Assembly: GCA_965153285.1 (NCBI GenBank)
Contig: OZ229110.1
Direction: 5' to 3' (one strand)
Length of the DNA stretch: 64,000 bases
Source: Podarcis tiliguerta
Taxonomy: Eukaryota
This document shows, in pieces, positions 57,495 through 64,000 of this stretch. The first letter of the stretch is position 1. Each line of letters begins with the position of its first letter. The position numbers were made by a program, and so were the translations under genes. The notes beneath the pieces were generated by a model, which was not told where the DNA came from, did no database searches, and saw only the letters and a program-made list of their open reading frames with translations.

Positions 57495-60400
57495 CTATTT
57501 GAAATGCGAGAGGAAGTGGGCCACAGGGTAGTGTGGGGAGTCGATGCCCAGCACCTGGCAGATGCCGAGCAGCTTGAGGCAGGCCTCGCGGCGGCTAGAG
57601 CTGGCACAAGCCACGTTGCAGTAGGGCTCCTCGTACTCGCTGGACACGAGCTCGTCATCGAGCAGGTTGAGGCGGATGACGCCGCGCTCATGCAGGGCCT
57701 GGAGCGTCTCCAGGCTGGCCGTGGACTTGAGGGCCTGCAAGTGCTGCGAGACCAAGCACATCACTCCCACCAGGTGCATGCGGGGGCGAGAGCGAGCAGG
57801 CAGGAGGGGGACCACCCCGCAGGCAACCATGACGGAGGCCAGCATGATGTCCACGCCGTAGATCTCCTGAATCCAGTCGCGGAGGTAGAAGCCGCCCATG
57901 CGGGGGTTGATCTCGATGAGCTTGGGGCCGGATGCGGTCAGCTTCAGCTCCACGTTGAACACGCCGTCGGTGAGGCCGCAGCCTAAGCAGCACTGGTAGG
58001 CAGCGCGGATGAGCTGCGCCTCACGGTCAGGGGGCAGGCAGGTGGGCATGCAGGCTGCCGTTTCGGTGAAGTTGGGCACCCGGGTGGGCCCGTTGTCAGA
58101 GACAAAAGCCCCCAGCATCCGCCCTTCGTACATCACCAGATCCACGTCGTGCTCAGTGCCAGAGACGTACTCCATCAACAGCATGGCGTTGCCCCAGCCC
58201 AGCCCGATGCCCGGGTGGTCTGAGTCATCCTGCAGGTCCCTGGAGATCTTGTCAAAGTGCAGGTGGCACTGCTGTGCATCCTCCACCAGCTTGACCCCCA
58301 CAGCCCCGGCCCCGTACTCTAGCTTCATGACCCCAGGGAAGCTGATGTGGCTCGCAGCCCGCTCCACATCTGTGTGGCTCTCTAGGTGGCAGCAGGGCAC
58401 GGCATAGAGCGCCGCCGAGGGCCAGCGAGCCCCCTCTTTGCGACGGCGCAGCAAGTGCAGGTGAGTGCGGCTCTTCTGCTTGGCCACGCGCATGGCTGTT
58501 GGGGAGCTGCAGCGCAGGCCCAGCCCTTCGCACACCAGTGCCGTCAGGACCATGCAGTCGTCCCAGTAGGAGAGGCAGCCGTCCAGATGCAAGCCCCGCT
58601 CCTGCACAAGCCCCAGCAGCCTCTGGGCATGCTCTTCATCCCTCTTGTGGTCTGTGGTGTCATAGTGGATGAAGGTCTGCACCAGCTGGGAGGCAAAGTG
58701 GTTGGGGTCGGACTCCACCAGGTGGATCTGGGGATGGGAAAGATCAGAAAGAGAGCGAGAAAGAAAGAGGGGGGTGGGGTGGAGATGGGGAGAGAGAGAG
58801 AGAGTGGGGTAGGAGAGAGGTAGGAGTGGGAGCAGGGATGGGGAAGAAGGAAGGGCAGACACAGAAGGGCAGAGATGCAGAGAAGATGGGAGAAAAATCA
58901 GAGATGCATCACTACTGGCAGTACCAGAGAAGGACAGCTCCTTGGGACCAGGCACGGCACAACAGCCCCCTGGGAAGTAGGCTCCAATCTATGGGCAGCA
59001 ACTCCCCATCTTGCAGGCATCCCATTTGTGCTCAGGTGGGACAGCTTCCATTGGAACCCACAGGTTTGGCGGCAGGGGAGGGAGACGGGATCTGATCCTT
59101 CTCTACATGCCTGCTTCAGCAACAAGAGAATTTAGAACGAGGAGACCTTGTCCTCTAGGTGGAGGAGGAGGAGGTGCTGGGGAAGGACCCCGGCTGGCAA
59201 GAGGGCGGAAACCAAAAGCTGAGCCAGGTGGTTGCATGGGTGTGTGTGCAAAAGGGAGTCACTCTTCTGCTCTGTGTGTCCACTGTGCCTCCTTAAACTG
59301 GATTCAGTTTGCATCAGGGAGGTGCCTCCATTCAGCTCACTGGGCTTTGTGAGCCATAAGCATATCCATTGTGTGCCTTTAAGGCTTACGTTACACCGCT
59401 TAATATAAATAGCTTAAGTAAATAACTAAACAAACAAATAAGCTGAGTGGATGGGTAAGGCAGCCTTAACGGTTTCACTGCTGATGATTTTAGCAGGGAC
59501 ATAGAGCAACTCCAGAGACATGGGGACATCCAAGCAGGCTCCCCCCACCACCACTTTAACTCCAGAGCACAGCCATTTTCCAGGAGAATAAAGCATACAG
59601 ACTGTCCCATTGTGAAGACCGTAGCTGTTGACATAGACTCTGGTCAACATGTTTTGTTCAGGGTCTGAACTGCAAAATGGCAGCAAGACTCCAACAGGGG
59701 CAAATTCAGCCCTCAGAGGAATAAACTGGCATCAAGGCACTTGGGCTTTTGAAAGAAAAATGGGACTAGTTGCTGCTGGCTAAACCACCAGCTGTCTCCT
59801 CCTGCCAATTTAGTTTTCATTTCATTACAACATCACCACCACCCCTCCCCACACATACTATCCCCATATCTATTCTGCTTGTCAGTCTCCCAACTATTCA
59901 GAGGGGGGGCCCTTTGTGGCTCCAAAGGTAATCTAGAGGTCCCAGAAACAGGATAACCCAGGACAGTTCATTCTTGAAACTGCACTGTACACCCATGTCC
60001 TCCAAAGGAGACAATAACCAGCATGGTTATGTCCCAGCACCAAGAACGGAACAGGGTTTCTCTTCTGAGTTTGGAGAAGCCACAACACTACAATGTTTAG
60101 GAAGGTAAGAATGAAAGTCACTTGGAGACCTTTAGTTAACAAGTGACTAACAAGTCTAATAAATAATGATACAAGGGATGGGAGAGGCAAAGCAGGGGTA
60201 TTTCATTGAAAAAGTTCTTTTTATGCATCCCTGCTGCCTCAGCTGTAAGGCTTCCATCCCATTTCCTTTAGCCTGTGACTTTAAACAGCTGCACACTGTG
60301 GTGGAGAAGCAGTGACAGAAGATGCTCTAGCCTCTGAAGCCTCCTGGCTGCTATAGAAGGCCAGGATCAAGGAAGCAAGTGCTGCTTGGCAGTGGGCAGG

Positions 60401-63400
60401 TCACATCCCACAGTGGCTGATTCTGGAGCCAGACTGGGATCTTGGGGATCCAGAACCCGCACAGCAGTCGTGCCTCATGTTTGCTTCCTACCATTTTTAA
60501 ATGGAGGAAAGATGTGGTTAAGAAAGAAGCAGACCTGGCTACGCCTGAAATCCTCAAGAACTCACTTCCATCCCCAGGGACTCGTCCAACTTAAAACTTG
60601 GTTCCAGACTGGGCTGTCCGATGCCCTGCTCGAAGTAATCCTGATAAGATGGCCAGCCTCAAGAATAGCATGACCGGGGAGCAGCAATGCAGCAAGCAGG
60701 CCAGCTCCACTGGCGTAAGTGCATAGCACAATGGTGAGCCCTTTTGATTGGCAGGGGGGCTGTGCCTTTCTCCCCTCTCTGTGCTTAGATGGCACCCATA
60801 AAGTTTATATTAAATGGACGGGGGCTTTAGGGGGGTGCTGCTCTAGTTAGTCCATCCTGCAGCCTGTGGGGGGCTGCATGGCTCCGGTTTCCGCATCTTA
60901 CTTTTAGCCCGTAGTCCCTGGCTGCCTCCCAGACGAACTTTTTGCTGACTCCGCCGGCCCCAATGACCAACACGTGTTTGCCCTCCATCAGGTGGCACTG
61001 CGCGCGACGCATCATCGTCTCCACCAGGGGGCGTGCTGCCTCGCCCGCTGGAGCCCCCACCACCCGGCCCATGGACTCGAAGACGGAGCAGGTCTCTAGG
61101 CACAGCTGCGAGTTCATCTCCAGGGCCACCAGCTGCAGCACCTGTTCCTCTGAGCTTAGGAGAAAATCCACACCTGGAGAAAGGAGAAGCAAAGGAGGCC
61201 CTGTCAATCAAGAACATGTGGCTGAAGATCACTGAACTTCTGGTCAGCTCAACCATTAGCCGAATCCCAAGGGTGAGTTGATGGAACCAATAACCCCACT
61301 GAAGTAAGAGCTCCTTCATTATACGTATGAGCAGCACTGGTAGGATCTGCTCTAAAGGTCCATCTCATCCAGCATCCCATTTCACATGGATTGCCAACCA
61401 CATGCCTGCCCACAGGAAACCATCAAGGCAGCAGTACTCTTCTGTCACCCACTAGGATCTGATAACTGAGCATCCCACCCTGCTTTCTGAACATGGTGCT
61501 TTTTACAGGGCCAACGTGACAGAATTATCCTCCAAAAATTTATTTTATTTTTAATTCCTTCCCTAATGTTTCCTAATGTGGAATCTGCACTTTTCACTAC
61601 TGCTCCACACACTGAGAAGTTGTGCCGCTGCTGCTGCACCTCTCGCCCCGCCAGTTTCCTCGCCTGCTGTCAGGCCAAATTTGCAGCTGCTGCTGGCTCT
61701 CTTGCCTTAGAGGTTGGCAGCTGGCAGCAACCCTTTTCCTAGGAGCAGCTGGACCAGCCCCTCATTCCGTAAAGGCTGGAGGATTAGACATTGGGCCAAT
61801 AGGGAACATCTCTCATCAAAATGAACTATTGGGCCAAATATGTCATAAAGACAGAAAAGGCATGAAAGAGAAGAAACCTCAAAGGTGCACTAAGAACAAT
61901 GGATTAATCCAAGTATGGGGACCTGTGGTCCTCCAGATGTTGTTAAACTCCAACTCCCATTAGCCCCAGCCAGAATGGTCCAGGGGTGAGAAATCAATAA
62001 ATAAAATAAGCAAGGGGAGAAGAGTGTGCATGCAGCTTCTGTACATCTGCAGGCCACTGCCATCAGGCAGTGAGTGAGAGGATGAAAAAGTTTTGTACAG
62101 TACACATCATACAGTGGGAAATAAATCTAAATTAGAATTAATGGTGTCTGATAAGCTGGTCAATGAGATCAAAATGTAACTAACGGGCAGCAGCTGGGTT
62201 TGTCATTTTTTTGTTTGGTTTTAGGAAGAATGATTGACGTAGGAACCTGTTGCTCAAGAATTTTATTGAGGCAAAGAGTTCACAGAAGGCATTACAGCAG
62301 AAGTTTCCACGATAGCAACTCAGGCTCCATCACTGGGCTGCAGAAACTTAAGGGATTGGTTCTTGCACTACCAGAAACATACACTGAAGATATTGGGGAA
62401 TCATTACTTAAGACAGTTTCATGTCCACATCAGAGGCCGGAACAAAAAGGTGTATGCATCTCTGGGGTTGTGGGATTTCAGGGTCCCAACCTGCCACTGG
62501 TTCAAAAGGAGGAATTCAGCACCACACTTTGCCAATCATTCTACCAGTGCAAGGATTTCTGAACACAAGGGCTTGGCAAGGACTTCCCCATAGCTGATTA
62601 AAATTGAGTTTTGCTTGCTGGTGCATGGCTAAGTGCACTGCTGCCCCACAGCTGATGGAGACTGGGCTTGAGGAATGCTGATAGCCTCATGCTATTCTGG
62701 GCATCGAAAGTGCAGAGCCCCACAGTGTCTTAGAAGCAGCCTCCGTAATGACTTGACAGGGTAACTCACCAATGATGTCGGTTTGTGCTCGGCGACCACC
62801 TCGTTGCTCAACTGACAGGCCAGCTTCCATGTCCATGAAGGCCTTCATGGCTGCTTCAGCCTTCTGCTTTATCTGGGCATGAATGGCTGCAATCTGGGCC
62901 TCATCCTTTAGTCCCCACTGACGCAGGCTGCTCTCCAAAGTCTGGGGCACTGTGGCCTGATGCTTCAGGGGCTTATCTGCCCGGCCCACACCACACACTA
63001 CCTGAAAGAGAACCAAAAAAATGCATGCAGTCTCTCTGGGCTGCTGTCATTCAAGCATCTGTTCCTCCAGTTTGTCTTAACATCTCCATACCAACAGTCC
63101 AAATTGGAATTTCTCTACTTTCTTCTGTTCATACAGTGGGTTATGGTTGTGTGCATGCAACGTGTCTGTGGGATTTTGTGCCGGGATCTATGATTTCTGG
63201 AGTCTTTCCAGGTGAAGGTTAGAGACTGTGAGTGGGACAGTTGATAAAATAAGCTAGCCTGGTTTCAAACAAGACATTATTTTGGAGTCAAAAGATCACC
63301 CAAATCTACCAATACCAATCAGTGTTTGTGTGTCTTCCCCACAAAACAGTTTAAAACTGGGCAGAGCCACTTATTTCCTTGCCCTCAACCAACAATTTGT

Positions 63401-63603
63401 TCCCCTGAAAACAGGTAAGAGGAACGGACTACAGTACAGGGCTACAATTTTTCTGCCAGCGAGGATTCCTTGGGCTTTCTTCCCCCAATCTGTAGTGGAG
63501 CTCTGGGCTTTGGTTACCTTGCTTAGCAGAGGCTGGTCTTTTCGGGATCTGCAGACAACAGCACATATTCGGACTGCTAGATTGGGCTGTGGAGATGAAT
63601 TGC
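57495..63603 (-). CDS. CARNS1: Carnosine synthase 1, 3' part (last four coding exons; 5' exons lie beyond the right edge)
   Basis: Exons 63518-63603 (LAVRICAVVCRSRKDQPLLSK), 62770-63001, 60902-61173 (VLVIGAGGVSKKFVWEAARDYGLK) and 57495-58727 (ATP-grasp: KLEYGAGAVGVK, EINPRMGGFYLRDW, ...HFLSHFK*). Phases are consistent and the gene is syntenic with RPS6KB2. Confidence 0.95.
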
Positions 63604-64000
63604 CTGGAATCGGAGAGGGAGGGAGAGGGAGATAGAATATATCAGAGAGGCAAATTGATAGGAGTGGGGCATGTGGAGGGGAGTGAAAAGAAGAAGGGGT
63701 GCCTCCAGACTGTCATCATTTTGCAGGAGGGATTCAAGTGCATGCTGGAACTTTAGCTTTGCACTTTTACAAGGTACCAAAGGGCTCTATTGGCTTAGCA
63801 CAACAAATGCACTTTTAAAAGAAATACTTTCTGTGCTTTGGAAAGTGACAGTGCGGGATAAACAAATGACCGGTGGAAAGACATGTAAATACCCCAAATG
63901 CCAAGCGGGGATGAATGCAGGACAAATTGCCCTTGATGTATAACTACCCCATAAACAACTCAGAACACTTGTCAATAAAGACCAGATCTAATCAAACCTC

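Noticed and set aside
57372-58823. Plus-strand ORFs of 132-204 aa
   Set aside because: Antisense shadows of the GC-rich CARNS1 last exon.
58728-58955. N-terminal 76 aa of the 486-aa ORF
   Set aside because: Pyrimidine-rich intron sequence read through in frame. The real CARNS1 exon begins at the acceptor at 58727.

Overview
Eukaryotic genomic DNA from a squamate reptile (Sauria SINEs; probably a lacertid lizard, which is inference). It carries the block syntenic to human 11q13.2. From left to right: CABP4 first coding exon (minus strand, gene runs off the left edge), complete CORO1B (+, 10 coding exons, 491 aa), PTPRCAP (+, ATG-only exon 1 plus one coding exon with two apparent 1-bp frameshifts beside a 200-N assembly gap), complete RPS6KB2 (-, 15 coding exons, 475 aa, one GC-AG intron) and the last four coding exons of CARNS1 (-). 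Introns and intergenic DNA hold Sauria SINEs, TA-flanked Tc1/mariner-pogo MITEs, hAT MITEs with 8-bp TSDs, L2/CR1/other LINE remnants and microsatellites. Most ORFs in the supplied track are spurious. The most interesting observations are: (1) a TSD-flanked retrocopy of mature tRNA-Val with CCA, an A58>T change matching m1A misreading, and a 3'-to-5' end junction suggesting template jumping; (2) two photoreceptor-type CABP4 promoters, one with a candidate alternative first exon; (3) no GPR152 at its mammalian position; (4) an orphan terminal-exon-like segment between RPS6KB2 and CARNS1. I found no convincing wholly new multi-gene system. All gene calls rest on recalled orthologue sequences and manual splice-phase checks, not database searches.
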